From Clostridia bacterium (GTDB lineage Bacteria; Bacillota; Clostridia; Oscillospirales; CAG-272): a stretch of 51,654 nucleotides of DNA. Shown piece after piece: positions 1-8,387 of this stretch. Made by a program: the position numbers and the translations under genes. Location of the stretch: contig JAFTME010000153.1 in NCBI GenBank assembly GCA_017452545.1, positions 1 to 51,654 on the forward strand, written 5' to 3'. The stretch's first letter is position 1. Every line of letters begins with the position of its first letter. Under the pieces are notes generated by a model that saw nothing but the letters and a program-made list of their open reading frames with translations, was not told the DNA's origin and did no database searches.

Positions 1-303
1 CAGTTCGGTCCCTATCTGTCGTGGGCGTAGGATATTTGAGAGGAGCTGACCTTAGTACGAGAGGACCGGGTCGGACGCACCGCTGGTGCACCAGTTGTAC
101 TGCCAAGTGCATAGCTGGGTAGCCAAGTGCGGATGTGATAAACGCTGAAAGCATCTAAGCGTGAAGCACACCTCAAGATAAGATATCCCTCCAGCTTAGA
201 GCTGGTAAGGTCACTTGAAGACTACGAGTTTGATAGGTCAGAGGTGGAAGCGCAGTAATGCGTGTAGCTGACTGATACTAATAGACCAAGGGCTTGAACC
301 TCC
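1..303 (+). rRNA. rrl: 23S rRNA, 3'-terminal ~300 nt (partial; gene continues upstream of the window)
   Basis: Universally conserved sarcin-ricin region AGTACGAGAGGACCGG at 54-69. Typical 23S tail follows: GCTGAAAGCATCTAAGCG ... CTGATACTAATAGACCAAGGGCTTGAACC. The 3' boundary is approximate. Confidence 0.95.
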
Positions 304-394
304 TAAAGGTTCAAAGTACGATTGATTTCTTGAGTTTCATTCTACAAGGTTTCCTTTGTTCGATTTTCTATGGTCGCAAGACCGTAGAGGGAAC

Positions 395-470
395 GCACCT
401 CTAGCTCAGTTGGTAGAGCAACTGACTCTTAATCAGTGGGTCCGGGGTTCGAGTCCCCGGAGGTGCACCA
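395..470 (+). tRNA. tRNA-Lys (anticodon CTT), CCA encoded
   Basis: A 76 nt cloverleaf was folded by hand. Acceptor GCACCTC/GAGGTGC, D arm GCTC-AGTTGGTA-GAGC, anticodon stem ACTGA/TCAGT with loop CTCTTAA. T arm CGGGG-TTCGAGT-CCCCG, discriminator A, then CCA. Confidence 0.93.
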
Positions 471-590
471 TCACCAAAACGGTTCCCCGAAGGGGAATGG
501 GTTTGGTGATCTACATACCTTCGAAGAACGAGAGATCCGTTAAAGAATTCGAGCATGCGAGAATTCTTTACGCCAAAACGCGTAGCGTTT

Positions 591-616
591 GGCTGGGTTC
601 TGAGTTCCCCGGAGGA
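591..616 (+). repeat. Degenerate copy of the tRNA-Lys T-arm/3' acceptor half
   Basis: GGCTGGGTTCTGAGTTCCCCGGAGGA aligns with tRNA positions 443-466 (CGGGGTTCGAGTCCCCGGAGGT). The blocks GGGTTC, GAGT and CCCCGGAGG are shared, with two 1-nt insertions. Confidence 0.35.
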
Positions 617-651
617 ATTTATATATCGGGATTAACGTCCCGAACCATGAA

Positions 652-769
<118 letters not shown>

Positions 770-771
770 TA

Positions 772-800
772 CGCCAATCCGCGAGGGTTGGCGTTTTTTT
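772..800 (+). terminator. Intrinsic terminator of the rRNA operon
   Basis: Stem CGCCAATCC / GGGTTGGCG with loop GCGA, followed by T7 (794-800). Confidence 0.8.
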
Positions 801-1086
801 GTTCATGCTCTTGCAATTTCTATCAAGATGTGGTATACTGTTAGTGTGCTATGTTCATTTGGAAAATGTTTCTCATGAGGTTAGCAGAAATGAACTTGGA
901 AGAATTTCTCATAAAGTTGTATACAAAGTGGGAGACGCATATGAATATACAAAATATTCGTTAAATGGTCCCGAAACGGTTGCTGCAGCTGTAGGCGTAT
1001 ATTACGGAGCTACAGAAGTAGTTGCTGCATTTCGCTTAATAGCTGACGCTTTGAGAAGTGGTGCTCCAATACCGGTGTTGGAATAA
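799..1086 (+). CDS. Hypothetical small protein; true start uncertain, probably downstream of 846
   Basis: The open frame begins with TTG inside the rRNA terminator T-run, so the true start is likely internal (for example TTG at 859). AT-rich codon usage matches the next ORF. No recognisable motifs. The C-terminal half is hydrophobic (GPETVAAAVGVYYGATEVVAAF). Confidence 0.3.
   Translation: MFMLLQFLSRCGILLVCYVHLENVSHEVSRNELGRISHKVVYKVGDAYEYTKYSLNGPETVAAAVGVYYGATEVVAAFRLIADALRSGAPIPVLE
811..839 (+). promoter_or_regulatory. Sigma-A type promoter for the AT-rich two-ORF cassette
   Basis: TTGCAA (811-816), 17 nt spacer, TATACT (834-839). TGTG sits one base upstream of the -10 (Gram-positive TRTG -16 motif). 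Confidence 0.5.
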
Positions 1087-1117
1087 GTTATATAAGTTCG
1101 TGTTTATGAGGTATATT

Positions 1118-1681
1118 ATGCATTTAACATCAATTGCTACTGTGACATATAATGTCGATTTTAAGCCGCTATTTATTTTTTTGGGAATCGCATTGTTTGT
1201 TTCGATGGTATATGCCCTTATTAATGAGGTGAAACTTCAAGGCATCCCCAAAAAGATGGCTGCCGGTGATTATGTTGGTATCATAAAAAACGGTGAACGG
1301 CTATTGCGTGTATATTCAAAGCATTCATCTAAATCAATTATGCGTAGCGTTGAGTATCTGCATTTTGCCCTTGCAGTTTCATATTTTTCCATGTCTGATG
1401 ATGATCATTTTTTGTTGCACATCAATGCTATGAATGCATTCTCTGACGTAAAAGAATTTTGGTTGGCATTATTTTGCTTGAATAAAGACGATTTGGAAGC
1501 AGCATTCGGACATTATAACCGAATTTCGTGTACGGATGATACTTATATAGTTAAAACATATTTTGAGGCTTATTATGCTTATAAAACGGGCGAAGAAGAA
1601 GCGGCCAAGAGCAAAATGGACGATATATATGAACGGTTGACGCATCCTGTATTGAAGCAGATTGCAAATAATATTCTGTAA
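1118..1681 (+). CDS. Hypothetical membrane-anchored helical protein (one N-terminal TM, all-alpha TPR-like tail); possible immunity-type protein
   Basis: ATG at 1118 lies 5 nt after TGAGGT. TM segment FKPLFIFLGIALFVSMVYALI. The remainder is helix-rich (FEAYYAYKTGEEEAAKSKMDDIYERL). About one-third G+C. Terminator lies directly downstream. Confidence 0.55.
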   Translation: MHLTSIATVTYNVDFKPLFIFLGIALFVSMVYALINEVKLQGIPKKMAAGDYVGIIKNGERLLRVYSKHSSKSIMRSVEYLHFALAVSYFSMSDDDHFLLHINAMNAFSDVKEFWLALFCLNKDDLEAAFGHYNRISCTDDTYIVKTYFEAYYAYKTGEEEAAKSKMDDIYERLTHPVLKQIANNIL

Positions 1682-1698
1682 AAAACATATTCGTTTTT

Positions 1699-1728
1699 CA
1701 GCCACTCCTTCGGGAGTGGCTGTTTTTA
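1699..1728 (+). terminator. Intrinsic terminator
   Basis: CAGCCACTCC-TTCG-GGAGTGGCTG followed by TTTTTAT. Confidence 0.8.
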
Positions 1729-1744
1729 TACCTACAACGCGTGA

Positions 1745-2011
1745 GGTCATGTCCGTCAGTTTACTTATGACGTGATGGGTCGTGTGACGGGCTACACCTG
1801 TCCCGAGGGTACGGTAAGCTACACCTACGACGCCAACGGCAACGTGCTGACCGTTACCGACAGCCACGGCACGATTACGAGAACGTACGATGCGCTCAAC
1901 CGTGTGACGAGCTATACCGACACCTACGGCAAGGTGATCGGCTACGAGTACGGTGCGGTGGGCAACCTTTCTAACAGACGGTTGAATAGGGATCTACCAA
2001 TGGTTGCTTGA
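1745..2011 (+). pseudogene. Orphan RHS/YD-repeat protein fragment (about 75 aa of core repeats, no N-terminus, no toxin tip)
   Basis: Translation FTYDVMGRVTGYTCPEGTVSYTYDANGNVLTVTDSHGTITRTYDALNRVTSYTDTYGKVIGYEYGAVGNL shows consecutive YD repeats. The frame opens right after a TGA at 1742, with no RBS or start context. It decays into unrelated sequence after about 1975. G+C is much higher than in the flanking AT-rich DNA. Confidence 0.7.
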
Positions 2012-2145
2012 TTTTGAAACAAAATTATGCTATAATAAAAAAGCTTTAGGTTTATTATGAATTGAAGCAAAAACGAGTTCAAATGACCGCAAAAAAAAGC
2101 AGAACAATTACTAAAAATAATTTAAAGAAATTTTCAAAAAATGTA

Positions 2146-2174
2146 TTGACATTTATTACAAATTATGATACAAT
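2146..2174 (+). promoter_or_regulatory. Consensus sigma-A promoter
   Basis: TTGACA (2146-2151), 17 nt spacer, TACAAT (2169-2174), in a 230 bp AT-rich intergenic region. Confidence 0.65.
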
Positions 2175-2267
2175 AATGACAGTAAAGGTGCGCACATTTA
2201 CTACATAGTCACTTTAACCAAATAAAGTGGCGAAAAATTGTTCATACTAAACAAAATGGAGGGTACT

Positions 2268-2897
2268 ATGCAAGACCGTTGGGAAAGAGAACAAGACCTC
2301 AAGTACGAAGCTCTGAAAGAAAAAAAGGAAAGGGGGCGTCGGACGATCCGCAACGTCGCAACGCAGATCGGTTTTATTTTGGCTGCCAATGCGGTTGCCT
2401 GGGTTGCATACGCGATGTTTGTTTCTAAGGTCGTCAGCGGCAAAATGTTGGATGGACAGCCGGTGGAAGGAATTGTTCTGACGTTTGCCGCAATTGCTCA
2501 GTTGGCTGTTATCCTGTTTTGTGCACTGCTTTATTTGAAAAACAGTGAGGAAAATCGCTTGATGCTGGCAGCGTCGCGGGAGGAAGGCTTTGGCGCGACG
2601 GGATATTTTGTTTCAACACTTAAGCGTATGGGTTGGGTGCTGCCGGTGGCATATACCGTATTCCAGCTCCCGTTTTTGGGATATTATTCGCTGCTTGGCT
2701 ATGCATACGGTGTGGAAACTATATTCGCGAAGTTTTACACTCCGCAGCTATTCGGTATCAAGCTGATCGGTTCAGGTATGCGATTTGTTGATGCGCTGTT
2801 TGGTACGCTGCTCAACACGCTTGTGCTGGCGCTTATTTACATCGTGGTTATCTTCTTTACGCAGCGTAAGTGGCTGAAGGAACGCATCCGCGGCTGA
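2268..2897 (+). CDS. Hypothetical integral membrane protein (about 4 TM, charged N-terminus)
   Basis: ATG at 2268 follows GGAGGG. Charged N-terminal segment (MQDRWEREQDLKYEALKEKKERGRR), then four hydrophobic segments. No recognised family. Confidence 0.7.
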   Translation: MQDRWEREQDLKYEALKEKKERGRRTIRNVATQIGFILAANAVAWVAYAMFVSKVVSGKMLDGQPVEGIVLTFAAIAQLAVILFCALLYLKNSEENRLMLAASREEGFGATGYFVSTLKRMGWVLPVAYTVFQLPFLGYYSLLGYAYGVETIFAKFYTPQLFGIKLIGSGMRFVDALFGTLLNTLVLALIYIVVIFFTQRKWLKERIRG

Positions 2898-2918
2898 TGC
2901 CTGCACGGGAGGTAACGT

Positions 2919-3536
2919 ATGAATGCACAAATTGAGACTGCTGTCAGAAAAAGCGTGCGAAAAAAGGTGATCTCCCTTTACATCAAGGATATCATCAAAA
3001 GTGCTTTGGTGTGGGGATTGGGAATTCCGTTCTTTTATCTGATCACCAAGGATAATAAAATTCTTTCCGCAAACCCTGTCGGATTGATTGGATGCTATGT
3101 GATTTTGGCTTTGCTGCCGATCGTGCTCTTCCGCTTGTGGCGCATTTTCCGAATCGCTGCTTGGACGGGAAGGGTGATTAAGGTCAACACTACAACGGCA
3201 TTGGTTGAAAACCGTCGAAGAAACGTGGGAATGGTCAATCGCTTGGGCGATATGATGAGAGTTCCGTCCTACGTATTGACCGTGGAGACAGCAGCAGGCA
3301 AGCGCGTCAATCTTGCGATGAACGGGTATTTGTCGGGGCTTGGTATGCAGTACTTGCCCGAGGGCTCGGAGGTCGTGCTTGCTTTTGGCGCGAAATATCC
3401 GTGGAATGCCGCGGGGCTGCCGGAGCGTCCTTATTGTATTTACTGCGGTTACAGCGGTGCTCCGAACGAAATTAACTGTACCGATTGCGGCTGCCGTATG
3501 TTACCGGCACGGCTTTCCGAGAATGAATCTGAATAA
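2919..3536 (+). CDS. Hypothetical membrane protein (2 TM) with soluble domain and C-terminal Cys4 zinc-ribbon-like motif
   Basis: RBS GGGAGG lies upstream. TM segments LVWGLGIPFFYLI and LIGCYVILALLPIVLF. C-terminus CIYCGYSGAPNEINCTDCGC. It starts 21 nt after the previous gene, so it is probably co-transcribed. Confidence 0.7.
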   Translation: MNAQIETAVRKSVRKKVISLYIKDIIKSALVWGLGIPFFYLITKDNKILSANPVGLIGCYVILALLPIVLFRLWRIFRIAAWTGRVIKVNTTTALVENRRRNVGMVNRLGDMMRVPSYVLTVETAAGKRVNLAMNGYLSGLGMQYLPEGSEVVLAFGAKYPWNAAGLPERPYCIYCGYSGAPNEINCTDCGCRMLPARLSENESE

Positions 3537-3542
3537 AAAGAA

Positions 3543-3587
3543 GGGGAGATTGCTTTGCGATGATAAGCAATCTCTCCCGCTTTTTTA
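3543..3587. terminator. Bidirectional terminator hairpin between convergent genes
   Basis: GGGGAGATTGCTT ... AAGCAATCTCTCCC, flanked by A-run upstream and T-run downstream. Confidence 0.7.
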
Positions 3588-3591
3588 TATT

Positions 3592-5574
3592 TTAAGCATA
3601 TTGGTAGAACAGTACGACACCGGTGCGCGGAGGCAGCGTCACGGTAAATCCGTGCTGCAGCTGCTCGGTGGTCAACGTGCGCGTGTTGCCTGTTTCCCGA
3701 TCGATCAACGTGTACGTTTTGCTTTGATGGATACAGGGAAGATGAACCGTGAAGGTGTCCTCTTGCACCAGCGTATTTCGGATCACCTGAACAAAGCCTC
3801 GCTGCTCGGTAGCATTGTCAAATTGCATGGCATACCAGTCGTGCGGATCGCAGCGGCACTCGGTGATGGGATAATAATCGCCGGAGAGCTCAAGGTCGGC
3901 AGCCTCACGCCAAATCGCGTCCATGCGGCGTCCGATATCGTAATGCTCCTCGCTGTCGTTGTAAGTGTACATTGAGGTCAGCGCGGGTGTCAGCGCACAA
4001 TGGAAGGCAAATACGTCCGTCGGTCTGCCGCCGCCCTCATAGGTGCCGTTGGCAGGATTATCCCAGTTCATGTTATGTGCGCGGAAATAGGGAATCCACT
4101 CAAACATTTCTCTGTGTTGCTTTTGCTTGATGGGGTGATGACCGTAGCCAACGTCGGTGTAGTGAAGCGTAACGGCGCGGCGCATGGTTTCCAGATCGTT
4201 GCGGCGACCGCCCGATGCACAGGAGTCGATCCAAAGTCCCGGGTTGCGCAAAATCAGCGAATCCCAGTAGGCAAGATAGCCTTGTGCGTGACGGTTTTCC
4301 AGCATGCCCACGCGGTCGGGGGCTTCGTTCTGCGCCCAGATGGGGGCGGGATCAAAATTGAAATCCTGACGGTAGATGGCAATATGCGACTCCTTGATCA
4401 GCGCATTGACGTGCTCGATCAGCCAATGCAGTGCATCGGGGTTGCCGAGATTCAAAAGACGATCACCGGTAGGATTGCCGTTCTCGTCGCGGTGATACAG
4501 CAGCCAGTCGGGATGCTCGCGCTCCAGCTCCTCGCCACCGCGCACACGCTCAGGCTCAAACCAAACCATCAGCTGTACGCCGTTTTCCTCGCACGCCTTG
4601 CCAAGCGGAGCGAGTCCGTTGGGGAAGCGAGCGGGATCGGGATGCCAGGTGCCCGTGCGGGGCCAGTCGTAGTCGCAGGGATACCAGCCGGCGTCTACCC
4701 ACCAAATATCGGGCTTCATGCCGCGTCGCAGATACTCGTGCAGGGCATTGATCTGGTTTTCCTCGGTTGCACCCGTAAACTCGGGCTTGCCGTCCGCCAT
4801 AAAGTTGTGCAAGCACAGCTTGGAAGGAACGCCTTGTCCGTTCTCACGGGGAAGAATATGCTTGAGGTACCATTGTCTCCACAGGTTGATACCGCGCCAG
4901 GGGGCATTTTCATTGGTGTAGGCCATCAAATTCAAGCGGGGTGTACGGAAGGTCTCCCCCGGACGCAAAACCGTATGGCAGCGATCCTGGCCGCAAAGAA
5001 GGGCAACGCCATCCTCACAGGGTGAGATCTCAGCTGCCCACTTGGTCGGCCAACCAATGGCGGCGCGGATCTCGCGGTCCTCGCCGTGCAGTATCATATA
5101 GGGGAAGGCCCCCTGACAGGAGGTTCCGCTGACAGGCGTCAGGCGGATATCCTGATCAACGGCTTGCTTGAAAAAGTGATAGCCCTCGGGTGTGCAGGTG
5201 TCGCCGTTGCCGTGCTCCAAAACGGGAGAGGGGCAACGCAGCGCACCGCCGATGCGTACGTTGCTGAGTACGGGAGTGTCGGCTTTGCCGCGATTGGTGA
5301 GATAGACGACCCACTCGGTCACGGGAAAATCACGATACTCAAGATGCTCGGCGCGGATGTGCAGACCGTCGGCGTTTTGTCCTTCAATGACATATTGTAC
5401 CATGTTACAGTCAAGCAAGCGATAAGAAACCGTGGGGGAGAACTCCTCAGGAATACCTTGAACGGTGCGATCTCCCAGTTGGAATTGCAGCGGGATTTTT
5501 TCGGGGGTGGTAAATTTAAGAATGTTGGGCAGCAGCGCCATATCGGCGGCGCCGGGGCGGATGGGAGAGATCAT
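3592..5574 (-). CDS. Glycoside hydrolase, GH36-like alpha-galactosidase family (putative)
   Basis: 660 aa. TIM-barrel-type motifs IWWVDAGWY, QLMVWFEPERV and YRQDFNFD (nucleophile-region-like). WIDSCASGGRRNDLETM resembles the clan GH-D CxSGGGR.D motif. RBS GGAGG lies upstream. Family assignment is by eye only. Confidence 0.6.
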   Translation of the reverse strand: MISPIRPGAADMALLPNILKFTTPEKIPLQFQLGDRTVQGIPEEFSPTVSYRLLDCNMVQYVIEGQNADGLHIRAEHLEYRDFPVTEWVVYLTNRGKADTPVLSNVRIGGALRCPSPVLEHGNGDTCTPEGYHFFKQAVDQDIRLTPVSGTSCQGAFPYMILHGEDREIRAAIGWPTKWAAEISPCEDGVALLCGQDRCHTVLRPGETFRTPRLNLMAYTNENAPWRGINLWRQWYLKHILPRENGQGVPSKLCLHNFMADGKPEFTGATEENQINALHEYLRRGMKPDIWWVDAGWYPCDYDWPRTGTWHPDPARFPNGLAPLGKACEENGVQLMVWFEPERVRGGEELEREHPDWLLYHRDENGNPTGDRLLNLGNPDALHWLIEHVNALIKESHIAIYRQDFNFDPAPIWAQNEAPDRVGMLENRHAQGYLAYWDSLILRNPGLWIDSCASGGRRNDLETMRRAVTLHYTDVGYGHHPIKQKQHREMFEWIPYFRAHNMNWDNPANGTYEGGGRPTDVFAFHCALTPALTSMYTYNDSEEHYDIGRRMDAIWREAADLELSGDYYPITECRCDPHDWYAMQFDNATEQRGFVQVIRNTLVQEDTFTVHLPCIHQSKTYTLIDRETGNTRTLTTEQLQHGFTVTLPPRTGVVLFYQYA

Positions 5575-5592
5575 GATGGTTTCCTCCTTGGA

Positions 5593-6480
5593 TCAGTTTT
5601 CATCAAAGCGGACGGATGCTGCCCACTCTGCAATCTTTTCTGTAGATTGGTCTGAGTGATTATGCGTTTTGGCAGAGGTAACAAACTGAAGCAGCCAGAA
5701 GGCGTCGTTTTCCTTGTATACGTAAGACGTATAGTGATAGGTATTTCCGTTTTGTTCGTTGTGATATTCGTACTCGAAATAGGGAAGATCGCCCTGGTAC
5801 TGTAAGGACTGATCGAGGCCTGCATTTTGAATGACCAGTGCGCCGTATTCGTCGAGCGTATACTCACCAAAGCCCTCCAAGAGAGAAAAGCTCTCCTCCA
5901 GAACGATCAGGGCAACGGAGCCGGACTCAAAGCCGGCAGTGAAATTATCGACGGATACTTGCTCAAACCCCTCGGTCAGAGTGATGGTCATATCATTGAC
6001 GGTGAAATTCTTTGGATCGTCGCTTGAGCCAAACAGCGCACCGCTGCCCCGTGCACCGACGATGGCGCCAACGATGGCGCCAACGATGGCTGCAACGATC
6101 AGCACACCAATGCCTTTTTTGTTGCCGTGCTTGCGGTTTTTCCTTGCCTCCTCCGTTTCATTGTTATCAAAACAGAAGGCATTTCCCCTTGCGGGATTGA
6201 ATTTATTTTGACCGGAGAGAGAAATATCCTCACTTCCCTCGGGCAGCTGATACACCTCACTGCCAAAGCCGGCGCTGAGCGTATCCGCGATGACCAGAAT
6301 GCGGACGGCTTGCTCGGGAATTTCAAAGGCTTGCTGTTCGCCGTTTTTGAGCGTTCCCAGCTTGCGGCAGGGAATGTTGTTGATAACGAGCTCGTAGGAG
6401 ATTGGATCTTCTATGTACACCCGCATTTTTCCAAGGCAGGCGACAAAGGTTTTTCGGCGTAGAATAGTCAGCTTTCTCAT
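5593..6480 (-). CDS. Hypothetical single-pass membrane protein
   Basis: 295 aa with RBS AAGGAGAAG. Central TM GIGVLIVAAIVGAIVGAIVGA. No recognised domains. Its stop lies 18 nt before the GH36-like start, so it is likely co-transcribed. Confidence 0.65.
   Translation of the reverse strand: MRKLTILRRKTFVACLGKMRVYIEDPISYELVINNIPCRKLGTLKNGEQQAFEIPEQAVRILVIADTLSAGFGSEVYQLPEGSEDISLSGQNKFNPARGNAFCFDNNETEEARKNRKHGNKKGIGVLIVAAIVGAIVGAIVGARGSGALFGSSDDPKNFTVNDMTITLTEGFEQVSVDNFTAGFESGSVALIVLEESFSLLEGFGEYTLDEYGALVIQNAGLDQSLQYQGDLPYFEYEYHNEQNGNTYHYTSYVYKENDAFWLLQFVTSAKTHNHSDQSTEKIAEWAASVRFDEN
6060..6099. repeat. 12-bp tandem repeat (about 3.3 copies) inside the TM-coding segment
   Basis: CGATGGCGCCAA x2, then CGATGGCTGCAA, then CGAT. 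Encodes (GAIV)n on the minus strand. Confidence 0.8.
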
Positions 6481-6515
6481 GATTTTCTTCTCCTTTTATC
6501 TGCTATAATTGTGGC

Positions 6516-7439
6516 TCAAAGAAAGAAAAATGTGGAAATAAAGCAAAGAATGATGCCAACAGTTGCGCGTTTTCCCGGTTTTTCACGGAAGAGCAGCAGG
6601 CCTGCCAGAGCAGTCAGAATGACGCTACCGCCCGTGACGAGAGGATAGAGCACCGTTGCGGGCAGCTGCGCTGCTCCGATGAGCTGCAGCAGGTACGACA
6701 CACCGTCGACCAATGCGCTTGCGAGTACAATGCCGAGAATGCCCGGTGTAATGCGGATCGGAGCGGGACGGCTTTCGGGAGGTAGCTTTTTGTCGTGCAG
6801 GCGAATGCCAATATAGAGCACGGAAAATACAATGACACGAACGATGGCAGCCAGCATCACGAAGCCCTGCGGTGTGATGGCATCTGCCGCGTTTTCGGGC
6901 AGCTGATGGATCTTTGAGGTGATGCTGACGCAGCCGTTCAGGCAGAAAACAACGGCACACAGCAGGAAAAACAGCTTGGAGCTTTTCTTTTTCTCGTCCG
7001 CACTTTTATTGTCCGTACCGGAGAGAACAATGGATACGATCATCAGCAGCAAGCCGATCAGGCGGAGCGGGGAGAATGCTTCGTCAAGAAACAGCAAGCC
7101 GTAAAAATAAGGAAGCATCATGCCGCCAAGCATCAAAAAGAGTGTGTAAATAGCGATATCACCCATGGAGATGATCTTAAATCCGATGATGGTGTAGCTG
7201 CCGCAGAACAGCGTCATCAGCACTGCCATCAGCAGCGAAAAGGGTGTGATGGGAAAGGAAAACCCGTTCATAAAGCCGTTGATGAAAAAGAATACCACGG
7301 CGGTAAAGGCACCCGTAATGACGTTGAACAGCACGCTGATACGGAACCCTGTGCCTGTGCGGTTCTGATAGATCTTGGTCAGAGAAAAATTGACGGCAAG
7401 ACCAATCACGGCAACAAGAACGAGAAGATAGTATTTCAT
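6516..7439 (-). CDS. EamA/DMT-superfamily transporter (10 TM)
   Basis: Two-fold repeated 5-TM pattern typical of EamA. Start chosen at MKYYLLVLVAV (ATG at 7439) rather than the upstream in-frame codon. Confidence 0.7.
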   Translation of the reverse strand: MKYYLLVLVAVIGLAVNFSLTKIYQNRTGTGFRISVLFNVITGAFTAVVFFFINGFMNGFSFPITPFSLLMAVLMTLFCGSYTIIGFKIISMGDIAIYTLFLMLGGMMLPYFYGLLFLDEAFSPLRLIGLLLMIVSIVLSGTDNKSADEKKKSSKLFFLLCAVVFCLNGCVSITSKIHQLPENAADAITPQGFVMLAAIVRVIVFSVLYIGIRLHDKKLPPESRPAPIRITPGILGIVLASALVDGVSYLLQLIGAAQLPATVLYPLVTGGSVILTALAGLLLFREKPGKRATVGIILCFISTFFFL

Positions 7440-7579
7440 GATGGTGACCTCGCAGAGCGTTTTTTTGTATTTTACCATAAAGCCACGGGGTTGTCAACAA
7501 GAACGGGGGAAGAAATGTAAAAATCCCATTCGTTGCTTGCAACGAATGGGATGGTAACAGGAAGAATGGGGCAGTGCAA

Positions 7580-8284
7580 TCATCGGCGTAGCTGATCGGC
7601 TATGGTCGAAATAAATTTGCGGTTGGTGGTGTCTTGAACGGTATCGCCGAAATAGGCAATGAGGGTATTCACGTCGCCCCTATCCCACGCGATCTCGATG
7701 GCGTTGCGCATCGCACTGCTCACGCGGGCGGCAATGGTTACATGCTGTCGCGCAACGGAAGGATAGAGCTCCTTGGTGACCGAGTTGATGATATCGGGGT
7801 TCTCGACGACCATGAGGATGGCGGTACGGAGGTATTGATAGCCCTTGATATTGGCGGGGATTACAACTTGGTTCATGATTTTTGCAAGACGGTTTTTCAA
7901 CGGGTCATTTTCTTGCTCTAATTGTACGTGAACGGCGATCATCGCAATAAATTCAGAGTTGGTCGGCTTTCCTCTGTTCTCCGTTGTATAACCGAAGTAG
8001 TTGTTGAGAATGTCGATGTCGCCTTGATCCCACGTGACGGAAATGGCATGAGCCATAGCAGACTCCACAAGGGATGGGCGGGTTTGGTGTTTTTTTGCCA
8101 CGAAAGGATAAAGATATTTTGTCATGGCATCGATCAAATCAAAATCTTCTACGGCCAGAAAAATGGCAGTCTTCAAATATTCATAGCCCAGGAGCTTTTT
8201 AGGCACAGCGAGGTCATCCAAGATATCAATGATGTTTTTTTCAATGCGTTCAATGCGGCATTTTTCAAAATATTCCTTAAACAT
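7580..8284 (-). CDS. Receiver-less protein with two tandem Spo0A C-terminal (effector/DNA-binding) domains
   Basis: Start ATG at 8284 lies 5 nt after GGAGG. Domain 1: LGYEYLKTAIFLAVEDFDLIDAMTKYLYPFVAKK...[38 protein letters not shown]. Domain 2: [35 protein letters not shown]...AIEIAWDRGDVNTLIAYFG. Both align along their length with the C-terminal domain of the adjacent Spo0A. Confidence 0.8.
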   Translation of the reverse strand: MFKEYFEKCRIERIEKNIIDILDDLAVPKKLLGYEYLKTAIFLAVEDFDLIDAMTKYLYPFVAKKHQTRPSLVESAMAHAISVTWDQGDIDILNNYFGYTTENRGKPTNSEFIAMIAVHVQLEQENDPLKNRLAKIMNQVVIPANIKGYQYLRTAILMVVENPDIINSVTKELYPSVARQHVTIAARVSSAMRNAIEIAWDRGDVNTLIAYFGDTVQDTTNRKFISTIADQLRR

Positions 8285-8323
8285 AGGAGCCTCCAAAATG
8301 AAAACAGGATAGTTTCTTTATAT

Positions 8324-8352
8324 ATTGTAGCATGGGTTCGCGGATTTGTCAA
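8324..8352 (-). promoter_or_regulatory. Consensus sigma-A promoter of the tandem Spo0A_C gene
   Basis: Minus strand TTGACA (8352-8347), 17 nt spacer, TACAAT (8329-8324). It lies immediately after the spo0A terminator. Confidence 0.65.
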
Positions 8353-8355
8353 CAG

Positions 8356-8385
8356 AAATGCTCCCGACGGGTGTCGGGAGCATTT
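8356..8385 (-). terminator. spo0A terminator hairpin
   Basis: Perfect 13-bp stem AAATGCTCCCGAC / GTCGGGAGCATTT with a 4-nt loop, starting 3 nt after the spo0A stop. The downstream T-tract is weak (TTCTGTT). Confidence 0.6.
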
Positions 8386-8387
8386 CA

